From: an uncultured delta proteobacterium | Lineage (GTDB): Bacteria; Desulfobacterota; Syntrophobacteria; Syntrophobacterales; Syntrophobacteraceae | NCBI GenBank assembly: GCA_963808625.1 | Contig: CAWEHK010000038.1 | Span: 24,825-88,824, forward strand | Direction of reading: 5' to 3' | DNA length: 64,000 nucleotides | Shown here: positions 1-17,666 of the stretch, in pieces | How positions within the stretch are numbered: the first letter of the stretch is position 1 | Layout of the letters: each line of letters starts with the position of its first letter | Program-made: the position numbers and the translations under genes | The notes under the pieces: generated by a model | Told to the model about the DNA's origin: nothing | What the model saw: only the letters and a program-made list of their open reading frames with translations | Databases searched by the model: none

Positions 1-783
1 CCGCTCCGGGAAATCCACGGGAAGGCCCTGTTCGTGGAGATAGAGGTTCTCGTTCTCATGCCAGATTCCCAACCGGACCAGCAGGCGAAAGGCGGACTGC
101 GTCTGCTGGGGGATCTCGGCCCTTTTCAAGAGTTCCTTCACAAAGGGAAAAGCGGGCGATTCCTGACCGTGCAGGCAAAAACTCTTGACGCTCTCGATCA
201 GCTTTTCTTCCAGGCCGCCAAGGGCAGGGCGGGGTTTACGGTTCCAGATGGCCTTCAGCCATGCTGAACCCTCTTCGAGCTGAACTTCTCGTTCTCTTTC
301 CCGTTCCATCTCGAGGCGGCGCTGATCGATCTTTTCCTGGGAGTTGGCGAAGAACGTACCATCCTTGAACTGAAAGAAGAGGCGTTCCTGAAGCAGCACC
401 CGCTGCATCGCGGCAACATGATGGTCGGTGAGGGCCTCGGCGAAGACAAACCCGGCCAGGTCGCGGGCGCTGAAGCCTTCCTCCTCGCCTTCGATGAGCG
501 ACCAGAGCTCCTCGACATTGACCGCGGCCATGAGATGTCTTCGCAGCGCGGCAAGGCTGTTGAGGCTTCGCACCAGTTCGTCCCTGGTCAGTTGCACATT
601 GAGGAGCTGGCTTCCGGAATGAAGGATGCGGCTCGACGCCAGGTTGATCTCACGATTCTGTTGGGTGAGCACATTCAACCGTTGATTCTTGGATGCCAGG
701 CAGACACCGCAGATGATTTCTTTCGCTTCAAAGAATTCGAGCACCGTTCCCGGTAGAATTTCCTGGGACTCCTGCTGGCTCAT
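1..783 (-). CDS. Ribonuclease II/RNB-family exoribonuclease, N-terminal part (runs off the window)
   Basis: Hand translation from ATG 783 is open to base 1: MSQQESQEILPGTVLEFFEAKEIICGVCLASKNQRLNVLTQQNREINL...VNVEELWSLI...AFRLLVRLGIWHENENL. This resembles the N-terminus of deltaproteobacterial RNB proteins. The start overlaps the amidase stop (ATGA). Absent from the ORF track because there is no stop in the window. Confidence 0.65.
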   Translation of the reverse strand, partial: MSQQESQEILPGTVLEFFEAKEIICGVCLASKNQRLNVLTQQNREINLASSRILHSGSQLLNVQLTRDELVRSLNSLAALRRHLMAAVNVEELWSLIEGEEEGFSARDLAGFVFAEALTDHHVAAMQRVLLQERLFFQFKDGTFFANSQEKIDQRRLEMEREREREVQLEEGSAWLKAIWNRKPRPALGGLEEKLIESVKSFCLHGQESPAFPFVKELLKRAEIPQQTQSAFRLLVRLGIWHENENLYLHEQGLPVDFPER

Positions 784-1766
784 GATCGCTCTCCCGCCTT
801 CGCCACTCTTTTAACCTCCATAAGGTACGATTCGATTCCTGCGGTGATTCCTTTTACCAGGTCCTGCTGAAATTGTCTGTCGTTCAAACGGCACTCGTCG
901 TTCGGATTGGTGATAAAGGCGGTCTCGATCAGCACGCCGGGCATTTCCGCTCCCAGCAATACGTGAAAGGGGGCCTGCTTGACGCCCAGATCACGCACTT
1001 TATGGCCTTTTACTTTGAGTTTGGCAACCATGTTCCGCTGCACCTGCCGCGCCAGGGCCGCCGATTCTTTGACCTTGGTGGTGAGCATGAGCTTTTGGAG
1101 CAGAAGCCGGAGATCGCTCAGCGTCTTCTTCGAGGGGGCATTTTCGAGAGCGGCCACGCGGGCGGATTCCTGGTCTTTGGCAAAGTTCAACGAGTAGGTT
1201 TCGATGCCGCTGAGGCTTGGGTCCACATGGGCATTGGCATGGATCGAAAGGAAGAGGTCGGCCCTGGCCGCATTGGCGATCCTCGTGCGTTCATCGAGTG
1301 ACAGGTACTGGTCGCGCGTGCGGGTGAGGATGACCTGGCAGCCGAGTTTGGCTTCGAGATTTTCTTTCAGCGCCCTGGCAATGGTCAGCGTGATGTCCTT
1401 TTCGGCAACCTGATGGCAACTCATCGCGCCCCGGTCTTTGCCCCCATGCCCGGGATCGATGACGATGCGATTGACGCCGAGGGCCAGTTGTTTCGCCAGG
1501 CTGGGGAGCGCGGCGTGCGTGGCTCTTAGCTGTTGGCTCTTGGCTCTTGGCGTAGTGGCTCGGTGACCGGGGTGGCAGGGTTGCTGGCTGTTAGCTCTTG
1601 GCTGTTGGCTCTTGGCTGTTGGCGTAGTGGTGGCGGTGACCGGGGTGGTAGGGGGCTGGTTTGCCGGGGCGGCAGCGGCGAGCGGCGAGGAGATCGCGAG
1701 GTTCATCAATAACAGGAGCAGCAGATAGAAAAAGCGATGGCCAAGAGGGCTGGGACACTTGGGCAA
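780..1766 (-). CDS. N-acetylmuramoyl-L-alanine amidase (Amidase_3, AmiA/AmiC-like)
   Basis: Motifs IVIDPGHGGKD, EKDITL, LFLSIHAN, GVLIETAFITN. Hydrophobic signal-like stretch FFYLLLLLLMNL. Start uncertain: TTG 1766 chosen, while the ORF is open to 1901 through REP sequences. Confidence 0.9.
   Translation of the reverse strand: MPKCPSPLGHRFFYLLLLLLMNLAISSPLAAAAPANQPPTTPVTATTTPTAKSQQPRANSQQPCHPGHRATTPRAKSQQLRATHAALPSLAKQLALGVNRIVIDPGHGGKDRGAMSCHQVAEKDITLTIARALKENLEAKLGCQVILTRTRDQYLSLDERTRIANAARADLFLSIHANAHVDPSLSGIETYSLNFAKDQESARVAALENAPSKKTLSDLRLLLQKLMLTTKVKESAALARQVQRNMVAKLKVKGHKVRDLGVKQAPFHVLLGAEMPGVLIETAFITNPNDECRLNDRQFQQDLVKGITAGIESYLMEVKRVAKAGERS
1520..1653 (-). repeat. In-frame heptamer arrays (CAGCCAA/GAGCCAA/CAGCTAA) alternating with a duplicated ~34-bp unit inside the amidase linker
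   Basis: Near-identical copies at 1547-1580 and 1619-1653. Heptamer runs at 1520-1546 and 1581-1618 encode AKSQQPRANSQQP. Confidence 0.8.
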
Positions 1767-1782
1767 GAATTCGTGGAGCGTT

Positions 1783-1869
1783 GGTGGGCACGATAAAGCT
1801 GTGCTCACCCTACAATGGTTTGGAGCTCTTAGACAGAATGTAGGGTGGGCACGTCTTTTTGTGCCCACC
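1783..1869. repeat. Back-to-back pair of GTAG-type REP palindromes
   Basis: GTAGGGTGGGCAC-N-GTGCCCACC at 1840-1869 (+) and its inverse at 1783-1813. Further copies at 4806-4836 and 37918-37964. Confidence 0.8.
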
Positions 1870-1994
1870 GAAACCGTGCAGGGACTTACGCCAACGTGCA
1901 CTGGTCCCGCGATTACCTGGTGTCATTTTGAGCGTGTTTCGAACCATGAAGGACGCGAAAAGCACGAAGGAAGGATAGTTCTTGTTCATTTTCG

Positions 1995-4678
1995 TCATCG
2001 CCGGCTTTCCCCATGAGCCGGGGCCGGACCTGGTTGGGCCGGTTCTTTGCCTCCCCGCTGGAGTTGCTCTTTTAGCGCATGGAGCATTTGGAGGGCGGCC
2101 ACCGGTGTCAGGTGGTCGATATCGAGCGCGAGGATGCGGTCCTGCAGCCATTCCGACGGAAGGTCTGAAAAGGCTGAGTTGGAGTCCCGGCTCCCGGTCA
2201 CGAACGGATCGCACCCGCTTTTTCGCCACCGTGGGCTGGGCGAGAAAAGTGGTCTCACCCTTCTCCAGTTGCACCAGGATTTCCCTTGCCCGCTCGATGA
2301 CCTCCTGGGGCAGTCCCGCCAGCTTCGCCACCTGGATGCCATAGCTCCGGTTGGTTCCTCCCGGGATCAGCTTATGGAAGAAGAGGATCTCATTTTGCCA
2401 TTCCTTGATGGCGACGTTGAAATTCTTCACGCGGGGCCGGGTGCGGGCCAGGTCCGTCAGTTCGTGATAGTGGGTGGCGAAGAGCGTCTTCACGCCGACG
2501 CCCTGAGGTCGTGCAGGTATTCGGCGACGGCCCAGGCGATGCTCAGCCCGTCGAAGGTGCTGGTGCCGCGGCCGATCTCATCCAGGATGATCAGGCTGCG
2601 GGGCGTGGCCTGATGGAGGATGTTGGCGCTCTCCTGCATTTCCACCAGGAAGGTGGAGCGGCCGCGGGCGAGGTCATCCGCCGCGCCCACCCTGGTGAAG
2701 ATCCGGTCGACCAGGCCGAGGCGAGCCTCGGATGCGGGCACGAAGCTGCCGATCTGGGCGAGCAGCACGATGAGCGCAGCCTGCCGGAGGATGGTCGACT
2801 TTCCGGCCATGTTGGGCCCGGTGATGATCAGCACCTGCTGGGTTTCCTGATCCAAATCCAGGTCATTGGGAACAAACGAGCCGGCCGGCAGGAAATGTTC
2901 GATCACCGGGTGCCTGCCGTCCCGAATGACAATGGCGTCACCCTGGTTGATGCGGGGCCGGCAGTAGTCGTTTCGGGCCGCAACCTCGGCCAGGCCGGCG
3001 AGGCAATCCAGCTCGGCGACCCGTTCGGCCATGGCCTGGACGCGCTTGCTGTGGGCGCCGAGGGTGCGGCGCAGTTCCTCGAACAGGTGCTGCTCCAATT
3101 CCAGCCGCTTTTCATCCGCTTCCAGCACCTGCGTCTCGAAGGTCTTGAGCTCTTCGGTGAAGAATCGCTCGGCATTGACCAGGGTCTGTTTGCGGAAATA
3201 GTCCGCGGGCGCCGCTCCCAGGTTGGCTTTCGAGATCTCGATGTAGTAGCCGAAAACCTTGTTGTAGCGGACCTTGAGCGACGAGATCCCGGTCCGCTGC
3301 CGCTCCTGGGTTTCATAGCCGGCCATCCAGCTCCGGGCATCGCGGCTCAAACTGACATAATGATCCAGCTCGGCGTTGACCCCGGGGCAGATCACCCCGC
3401 CGGCGTTGAAGGTGAGCGGAGGCGGATCGGTCAGGGTCGCTTCGAGCAGCTCGGCCACATCGGTCAAATTATCCCAGGAGGCCGCCAACTCCAGCAGCTG
3501 CTTCGCGGTGCAGCCGTGCAGGGTTTCTTTGATGCCGGGCAAAACCTGGAGGGACTTCTTCAGGGCGACGAGGTCGCGAGGGGTGGCCAGGCCGGCGCTG
3601 TTCCTGCCGTTGAGACGCTCGATGTCGTTCACCTTCTCGAGGCTGAGTGCGGATTTGGGTCCGGAAACCGGCCCGTTCCACCAGTTCGGCAACGGCCTGC
3701 TGACGGTTGAGGATCCCGCTCAGATCGAGCAACGGATAGCGCAGCCATTGCTGGAGCTTGCGGCCTCCCATGGGGGTGCGGGTCTGGTCCACAATCGCCA
3801 GGAGGGAGCCTTTGCGCCCCTGAAAGCTGGTGGATTGGAAGATTTCGAGGTTGCGCACGGTGGCTTCATCGAGGACCATGTAATCGGAGCGACTGTAGGG
3901 AAGCAGTTTCTTGAGGTGGCTGCAGGAGCCGAGAAGGTTCGCCTGCAAATAAGCGAGGATGGCCCCGGCTGCGCGAATGCCGGAATCCATAAGGTGCACG
4001 CCGAAGCCCTCCAGCGAATGGACCTCGAAATGCCGGGTGAGCCGCTCTTCGGCATGGCGCCGGTCGAAGTCGTCGGCGATTCAGATAAGTCAAGGTGAGC
4101 TCAACGTGCGAGCGCAGCCGGTCGCTCCAGGAATGGTCCTCGTCCTGCGGCAGCAGCACTTCTTTCGGGGAAACGCGCAGCAGTTCCTCGCGCAGCGTTT
4201 CCTCGGAATCCAGCTCGACGAGCCTGAATTCGGCGGTGGAAATGTCGAGATAGGCCAGCCCGAAAGCGTGGTCGCGACTTCCCCGGGAAACCGCGGCGAG
4301 ATAGTTGGGCTGGTTGGACAGCAGGTTCTGGCTGTCCAGAATGAGACCCGGCGTGATGACCCGGGTCACTTCCCGCCGCACCAGGCCCTTGGCGTGTCTC
4401 GGGTCCTCGACCTGGTCGCAGATCGCCACTTTTTTGCCGGCCGCCACCAGTTTGGCAAGGTAGCCTTCGGCCGCGTGGTAGGGCACCCCGCACATGGGAA
4501 TGGGGTTGTCGGCCTGCTTGTCGCGCGAGGTGAGCGCGATCTCCAGAATGCCGGCAGCAGCGACGGCGTCGTCCAGGAACATTTCATAGAAGTCCCCCAT
4601 CCGATAGAGCAGCAGGGCGTCGGGATACTGCGCCTTGATCTCCAGGTACTGCTGCATCATGGGGGTCGGTTTGTACAT
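1995..4678 (-). CDS. mutS: DNA mismatch repair protein MutS (frameshifted in this assembly)
   Basis: TPMMQQY...[11 protein letters not shown]-terminus, Walker [53 protein letters not shown]. Spread over ORFs 3866-4678, 3469-3999, 2490-3692, 1810-2493 and 1995-2342. Confidence 0.95.
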
Positions 4679-4680
4679 GA

Positions 4681-4736
4681 TCAGTGCTCAGTGGTCAGTG
4701 GTCAGAGGACAGAAGTGGCTAGTGGCTAGTGGCTGG
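4681..4736 (-). repeat. Heptamer arrays abutting the mutS start codon
   Basis: Plus strand reads (tcagtgc)(tcagtgg)(tcagtgg)(tcagagg)(acagaag)(tggctag)(tggctag)(tggctgg). Confidence 0.8.
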
Positions 4737-4805
4737 TACACATGGAGCATAAGTTCGTGATGTTAGGGTGAGACAAAGGCTGCCCACCTGCGGTCTGGGA
4801 ACACT

Positions 4806-4836
4806 GTAGGGTGGGCACTGCTTCACCGTGCCCACC
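4806..4836 (+). repeat. GTAG-type REP palindrome
   Basis: gtagggtgggcac-tgcttcacc-gtgcccacc. Confidence 0.8.
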
Positions 4837-5031
4837 GGAACTGGCTCCATTTCGGCCCACGTCACCGGTGACTGTGGCTGGTTGCATTCCATAGCACCTT
4901 CCAAGCTCACTTGCCATTGTTGCTTTCCTCTGGCGCCCTGTCATCACCATGGCAGCCACACGGGTTGACATGGCTCATTTTCATCGTTCGGGTGAAGATT
5001 ACCTTGAAAATCGGATTTTGTCAGGGTTGAA

Positions 5032-5094
5032 TTGATGGTTGATGGTGGATAGTTGATGGTTGATAGTTGATGGTTGATAGTTGATGGTTGATGG
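5032..5094 (-). repeat. Nine-unit heptamer array (CCATCAA/CTATCAA on the minus strand)
   Basis: Nine TTGATGG/TTGATAG-type units on the plus strand (one is TGGATAG). Confidence 0.95.
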
Positions 5095-5259
5095 GGATGT
5101 TGATCGGTGACTGGTTATGAGCTCCAAGCCATGAATGGAGGGGATTAACAGTCTTTCCTTTCGGGAATGGTATATATTGCCCTGGGGTTCGACTCCAAAA
5201 GGCCGAGACCAAGCATCGAAAACCAACAGCCACGAACCATGAACCATGAGCCATTTTGT

Positions 5260-5315
5260 CCATCAACCATCAACCATCAACCATCAACCATCAACTATCA
5301 ACCATCAACCATCAA
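5260..5315 (+). repeat. Eight-unit heptamer array (CCATCAA/CTATCAA) just upstream of the uvrA RBS
   Basis: CCATCAA x5, CTATCAA, CCATCAA x2. A short CCATGAA-type run precedes it at about 5230-5254. Confidence 0.95.
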
Positions 5316-5338
5316 CATCTCTAAAAGGAGCCAATCGT

Positions 5339-11723
<6,385 letters not shown>

Positions 11724-11908
11724 TCCAGGTTCAACAGAAATCCAATGCTTGGCATCACAGCGGTTTGCACGCATAACGGAAATCAGGCAGCCAGAGACGA
11801 CCGGGACGGGCAGGGAGCGTGATCTATGTGGGTTTTGGGAGGTGAATTGTTGTGACGAATAAGTGATCGTGATCCAGTGATGGAAACGAATCTGGCATTA
11901 AACGGCGT

Positions 11909-12344
11909 CTAAAGAGAAAGGACGAACCTGTTTGTGTAACCTTCGTAAATTAAGATTCCATTGGCCAGCAGGTCCCTGCCAATCAAGCAATCTATATTCT
12001 AAACCTGCCAGTGGAGCTTCCATTGCGTTGACCAAGCCATTGACATACTGATGCTGCGGAAATATCACCGACACATCGTAAACATTGCAGGAATGCCTGG
12101 CGCATGACGGTGTTGAGATTTCGGTGATGCCCCTGGGCTGCAGATTAAGTTCCTGCGCGATCCCCGTTTTGAGAACCGTCCCACTGGCGCCTGTATCGAT
12201 AAGGGCTGCGCACTGACGAACAGGAGGAAGATCCTTTCCTTACGATTGTAGAGCGTCAAGAACCGGCTTGGATGCAGTAATGAGGACATTGCTGATCGGA
12301 CCGCTGTTCCTCAAATCGGGGAGATTTGTGCTGAGGCAAGGCAA
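11909..12344 (-). pseudogene. Retropepsin-like (clan AA) aspartyl protease pseudogene
   Basis: Hand translation: LPCLSTNLPDLRNSGPISNVLITASKPVLDALQS*GKDLPPVRQCAALIDTGASGTVL...EAPLAG-(frameshift)-NIDCLIGRDLLANGILIYEGYTNRFVLSL*. Has DTG and IGRD motifs; internal TAA at 12240-12242. Confidence 0.8.
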
Positions 12345-12380
12345 CCCACATCTACTCCATGAAGAAAGAAGTTCCCCTTT

Positions 12381-12590
12381 TCAAAGTGGCTGATTCCTTA
12401 TAACCAGAAAAGGAACGTCTCCAAATTTCCTAATTCCCTGGCGCAGGGCGTCTTCGTAAGCCAAACAAATGTCAAAAACCTCATCATCCTTAATCACCAC
12501 AAATTCCTCAGCATTTCCTTGCGCGATCAAAGGGTCCTTAATCTTCTTATATTTTGACATTTGAATTCCGAGTCGATGGTGACTCCACAC
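12381..12590 (-). CDS. Small DUF5678-like protein, partner of the aspartyl protease (possibly degraded)
   Basis: FVVIKDDEVFDICLAYEDALRQGIRKFGDVPFLV resembles the small proteins found upstream of standalone retropepsins. Confidence 0.5.
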   Translation of the reverse strand: MWSHHRLGIQMSKYKKIKDPLIAQGNAEEFVVIKDDEVFDICLAYEDALRQGIRKFGDVPFLVIRNQPL

Positions 12591-12876
12591 AGGACCAGTT
12601 TGCTTTTAAACCGGGGCAAAAACCCTCTTTCAAGCCCTCCACGAACAACAACCCTTCCATCGAGCTCACTTTGAGTCGATCTGCGCATCATCCCCACCTC
12701 GACGGTGTCACACCGTGGTGGTGGCTGCTTCAATTACCAAGGAATCGGCACACAAATGGGCAGAAAATGAGCCAAGATGCACCTTGACAGGATCGAAGAC
12801 ACATGCTATCCGAAATGCGCCAGAAAGCAATTTCCTGTCATCTCTTCAATCTATCATTGGGTGCAAGGGGGCCATC

Positions 12877-14823
12877 ATGAAATCCATGTTTCATTTTCAA
12901 AAACCCAATAAGAAAAGTCCCTCATGGAAGAGAGGCTTGGCGCTGGTGTCTGGGACCATGCTGGCGTTAACTCTAGTGAGCGCTCTGTCCACTATGGCTC
13001 ACAATTCCGCATGGGCGAACTCATCAAATGACTGTACGATTTACCGCGAGGTCTTCCCTATTCTCAACACCGGAGGGACCACCCCCAAGGACATCGTCTT
13101 CATCCAGAAATGGTACGGGGAGCAACATGGCAGCGCCATTGTCGACGCCGCCAGTCAGGATCTCCAGCGATTGGATAACGGGCTGGCGCCGGAAATGCAG
13201 CCGGTCGATTCGAACCCCGTCGGGAATCTGGTCCCGAACACGGGCGGCGCCTTCTACTCGCCAAGCGCGGTTGCGGGCATCTACATTTTTACGGATGAGT
13301 TCAGTGCGGACGTCTCGACGCTGCGCAGGGTGCGTTTCGACTCCCGCAACAACGGTTGTTCGACCTTCGTGCAGCAGAACTCAACAAGCTGCCAGAAGGT
13401 CTATTACGACTCACCGACCAACTCGCAGCTCAACTTTGACCCCGCGGCGCAATCCGCCATGCATGTCGCGTTGCGGATCGGCACCACGTGGTACATCGCC
13501 GAGCAGGTCCTGGAGCAGTCCGCTTACAACCCTGCCACCACCCCTGGAGGCGACCCAAAGGACCCGATCTGGCAAACCCATACCTTTGATTTCGCAGGAA
13601 AGACGTTCTTGATCGCCAACAGCTACGACGAGGCCCCTGGCGGTGAGTGCGAGAGCACGGTCCCCAACTGCCTGCCACGCGAGAACGGACCGTCCGGACA
13701 GACTCTCCCGTTGAGCGGCACAGTCAACGGCATCGGCATCTGGATCGAGAAGAACCAACCGGCACCGAGGCTCCCGAGCGGAACCTCCGCGACGCTGCGC
13801 ATTGACAATTTCGAGGTCCGCTCTGACGTTTGTGACGACGGCAATCCTTGCACCGCCGACAGCTGCAACCCAACGACGGGTGAATGTGTGTACACACCGG
13901 TCAACGTGGATGACAACAACGCCTGCACCACGGACGCCTGCGATCCGGCGACCGGTAATATCAGCCACACCCCCATCAACTGCGACGACAACAACGCGTG
14001 TACCGCCGACAGCTGCAACCCAACGACGGGTGAATGTGTGTACACACCGGTCAACGTGGATGACAACAACGCCTGCACCACGGACGCCTGCGATCCGGCG
14101 ACCGGCATCAGCCACACCCCCGTCAACTGCGACGACAACAACGCGTGTACCAACGACAGTTGCGATCCAGCGACGGGCTGCACGCACACACCGGTCAACG
14201 TGGATGACAACAACGTCTGCACCACGGACGCCTGCGATCCGGCGACCGGCATCAGCCACACCCCCGTCACTTGCGACGACAAAAACGCGTGTACAACGGA
14301 CAGTTGTGATGCGGTGTTGGGATGCGTGTACACCCCGATCTCCTGCACCGACGGAAACGCCTGTACGAACGACACGTGCGATCCTGCGTCGGGCTGCGTG
14401 TACACGCCGGTGTCCTTGATCTGCGACATCACGGCACCCGAAAAGGTGGACTTCGGCTCCACGGGGAACGTGGCATCCACGACACCCGGGTATGCCCAAT
14501 ACCAGTGGGTGATCTACGTGGATGATTTGAGCAACCCGGATCCGTCTCTCATCACGGCGGGACAGAACACCCAGCAGATCACCTTCAGCGCGCCGGCATC
14601 GTTCACGGTCCTCAAGATCGGCGTAGTGGCGACAACAGACCAGGGATGTCAGTGTATCAATGATCCGGGCGTCTCAGGCGACCCGAAAGAAGGGCATGAC
14701 GTGTACCCCAATCAGGCTATTCCTGTGCCGACCCTTTCCGAGCGAGGTGTGATCCTTTTCCTGCTGCTCCTGGGAGTGACGGCAATTGTGACACTGCGTC
14801 GGAGAGGTCATGTTGAACGCTAA
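12877..14823 (+). CDS. Secreted Cys-rich repeat surface protein with eight Dicty_CTDC-like repeats and an IPTL-CTERM-type sorting signal
   Basis: AAGGGG RBS and ATG 12877. N-terminal signal region; eight ~24-25 aa CDDNNACTxDxCDPATG units; C-terminus IPVPTLSERG plus TM helix plus RRR. Confidence 0.85.
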   Translation: MKSMFHFQKPNKKSPSWKRGLALVSGTMLALTLVSALSTMAHNSAWANSSNDCTIYREVFPILNTGGTTPKDIVFIQKWYGEQHGSAIVDAASQDLQRLDNGLAPEMQPVDSNPVGNLVPNTGGAFYSPSAVAGIYIFTDEFSADVSTLRRVRFDSRNNGCSTFVQQNSTSCQKVYYDSPTNSQLNFDPAAQSAMHVALRIGTTWYIAEQVLEQSAYNPATTPGGDPKDPIWQTHTFDFAGKTFLIANSYDEAPGGECESTVPNCLPRENGPSGQTLPLSGTVNGIGIWIEKNQPAPRLPSGTSATLRIDNFEVRSDVCDDGNPCTADSCNPTTGECVYTPVNVDDNNACTTDACDPATGNISHTPINCDDNNACTADSCNPTTGECVYTPVNVDDNNACTTDACDPATGISHTPVNCDDNNACTNDSCDPATGCTHTPVNVDDNNVCTTDACDPATGISHTPVTCDDKNACTTDSCDAVLGCVYTPISCTDGNACTNDTCDPASGCVYTPVSLICDITAPEKVDFGSTGNVASTTPGYAQYQWVIYVDDLSNPDPSLITAGQNTQQITFSAPASFTVLKIGVVATTDQGCQCINDPGVSGDPKEGHDVYPNQAIPVPTLSERGVILFLLLLGVTAIVTLRRRGHVER

Positions 14824-14850
14824 ACTTTGATCGCCTTGACAGGCCATTTC

Positions 14851-14890
14851 AAGAGGCAGAGTCTAAAAGACTCTGCCTCTTTTGCTTTTT
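14851..14890 (+). terminator. Rho-independent terminator
   Basis: aagaggcagagtct-aaa-agactctgcctctt followed by a T-rich tract. Confidence 0.85.
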
Positions 14891-14949
14891 CAGCTTGCCC
14901 GGCCTTGTATCCATCCGGCCGGGACCTTATCGCCCCCAACCTGAAAAAG

Positions 14950-15370
14950 CAGCTCCAACTCCCGGAATGAGGAAGGATTCCCGTTTTTTCCTGAACGCCT
15001 TTCTCACCTCCATTTCGGGACGAAGCCGGCAGATCTCGATTAAGCCCCAAGAACCCATCGGGTTGTTTCAGGATTCACGGCGCCGTGTGGCATGAGGCTC
15101 AAGGGTCAGATCGAGTGCGCGGCAGCAGCGGCCGGTGTCCGAAATCTGAATTTCCACGTGGCCCTCTTCCATCCTGCTGATAATGCCAAGACGTTTCTCG
15201 GTCATCCCCTGCATGGCGTGACTCTGTTGCAACTGCTCCACAACGTCGCCGATCAGGTCGTTAACGTTGGCGGGCTCTCGATAGGGTCTCCCCGAGGTTT
15301 TCAGTTCGATCGGGTTTTTTACCATCTTCTCCAGTCCAGCGATTTCCGTGATGATGATCCGTAGGTACAT
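14950..15370 (-). pseudogene. Degraded sensor histidine kinase fragments
   Basis: [13 protein letters not shown]...EPANVNDLIGDVV...HVEIQISDTG are HisKA/HATPase-like pieces with internal deletions. Confidence 0.5.
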
Positions 15371-15437
15371 CCTGTTGGGGTCGCCTTCCCCAAGGTTCTC
15401 GTTGGCATCTAACTCATCGGTGTCACAAGAAGGAATT

Positions 15438-17084
<1,647 letters not shown>

Positions 17085-17124
17085 TTTGAGGTCACCAACA
17101 CAACCCGTCAAAACGCTTGGGCTT

Positions 17125-17340
17125 GAAGTGTATCCCCTCTGTTGCCCTTGATGCGACCATGAAATGAAGATCATCAGTTTGAGCAGCTACCAACTCATGG
17201 TGCGGGTTCTCAAGGAACAATGCGTGGTGGAGGAAGACCCGGAAGCCGGCACCAAGAAGGTTTCGGTAAAGCCCAACAAGGAAGTATCCTCGTTCAGTTT
17301 TGTCCATTCTGAACCGTCTCACTTTTTGCGAAACCATCAA
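17125..17340 (+). mobile_element. Fused IS remnants: IS91-like transposase C-terminal piece, DDE transposase fragment, IS-like terminal repeat
   Basis: EVYPLCCP*CDHEMKIIS resembles the EVDPLxCPxCxxxMKII tail of IS91-family transposases. SYQLMVRVLKEQCVVEEDP...VSVKPNKEV resembles DDE transposases. actttttgcgaaaccatc at 17321-17338 is IS-end-like. Family calls are from memory. Confidence 0.5.
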
Positions 17341-17666
17341 ATACTAAAATCGCTCCGGCTATTTAGATGAAGCATCTTCGGTGACCGCGTTTGAACAGAA
17401 AAGTGTCAGGCCCGGAAATGGGAAATCGGAAGATACAAGAATGAACAGAAATGTCTCAGAAAATACGGCAGGCCGTAGAGCCGAAAGTGTCACCTGTGCC
17501 CTTTGTCTGGTGGGCAGTCTTCAGACGGCAGATATTTTGTTCATGTGGCAGGTAATTTGCTTCTCAAAAATTCTTAAGACAGATACGATTGGGAACTCAA
17601 GAAGACCTTGGCCGCAAAAGGCGCCGGCCCCAGGGCGACAATTGGCTGGCATTCAGGGGGCAGAGG

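Noticed and set aside
2511..4729. Long plus-strand ORFs opposite mutS (and similar shadows opposite uvrA, the sulfatase and pqiB)
   Set aside because: Antisense to well-supported genes, with no independent evidence.
4679..5338. LexA/SOS box in the mutS-uvrA promoter
   Set aside because: No match to any LexA motif I can state with confidence.
5246..5338. N-terminal extension of UvrA (STINHQP repeats) from ATG 5246
   Set aside because: It is a translation of the heptamer array; a good RBS precedes TTG 5339.
11772..11855. attC site downstream of the protease pseudogene (minus strand TCACAAC...GTTATGC)
   Set aside because: The core-like ends are present but the inner L boxes do not pair, so it is too weak to call.
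12700..12845. IS91-like terminal sequence (aaagcaatttcctgtca) upstream of the surface protein
   Set aside because: The resemblance rests only on a short remembered motif; no adjacent transposase sequence.
13830..14415. Regularly spaced DNA repeats as a CRISPR array
   Set aside because: They are in-frame coding repeats of the Cys-rich protein, with no unique spacers.
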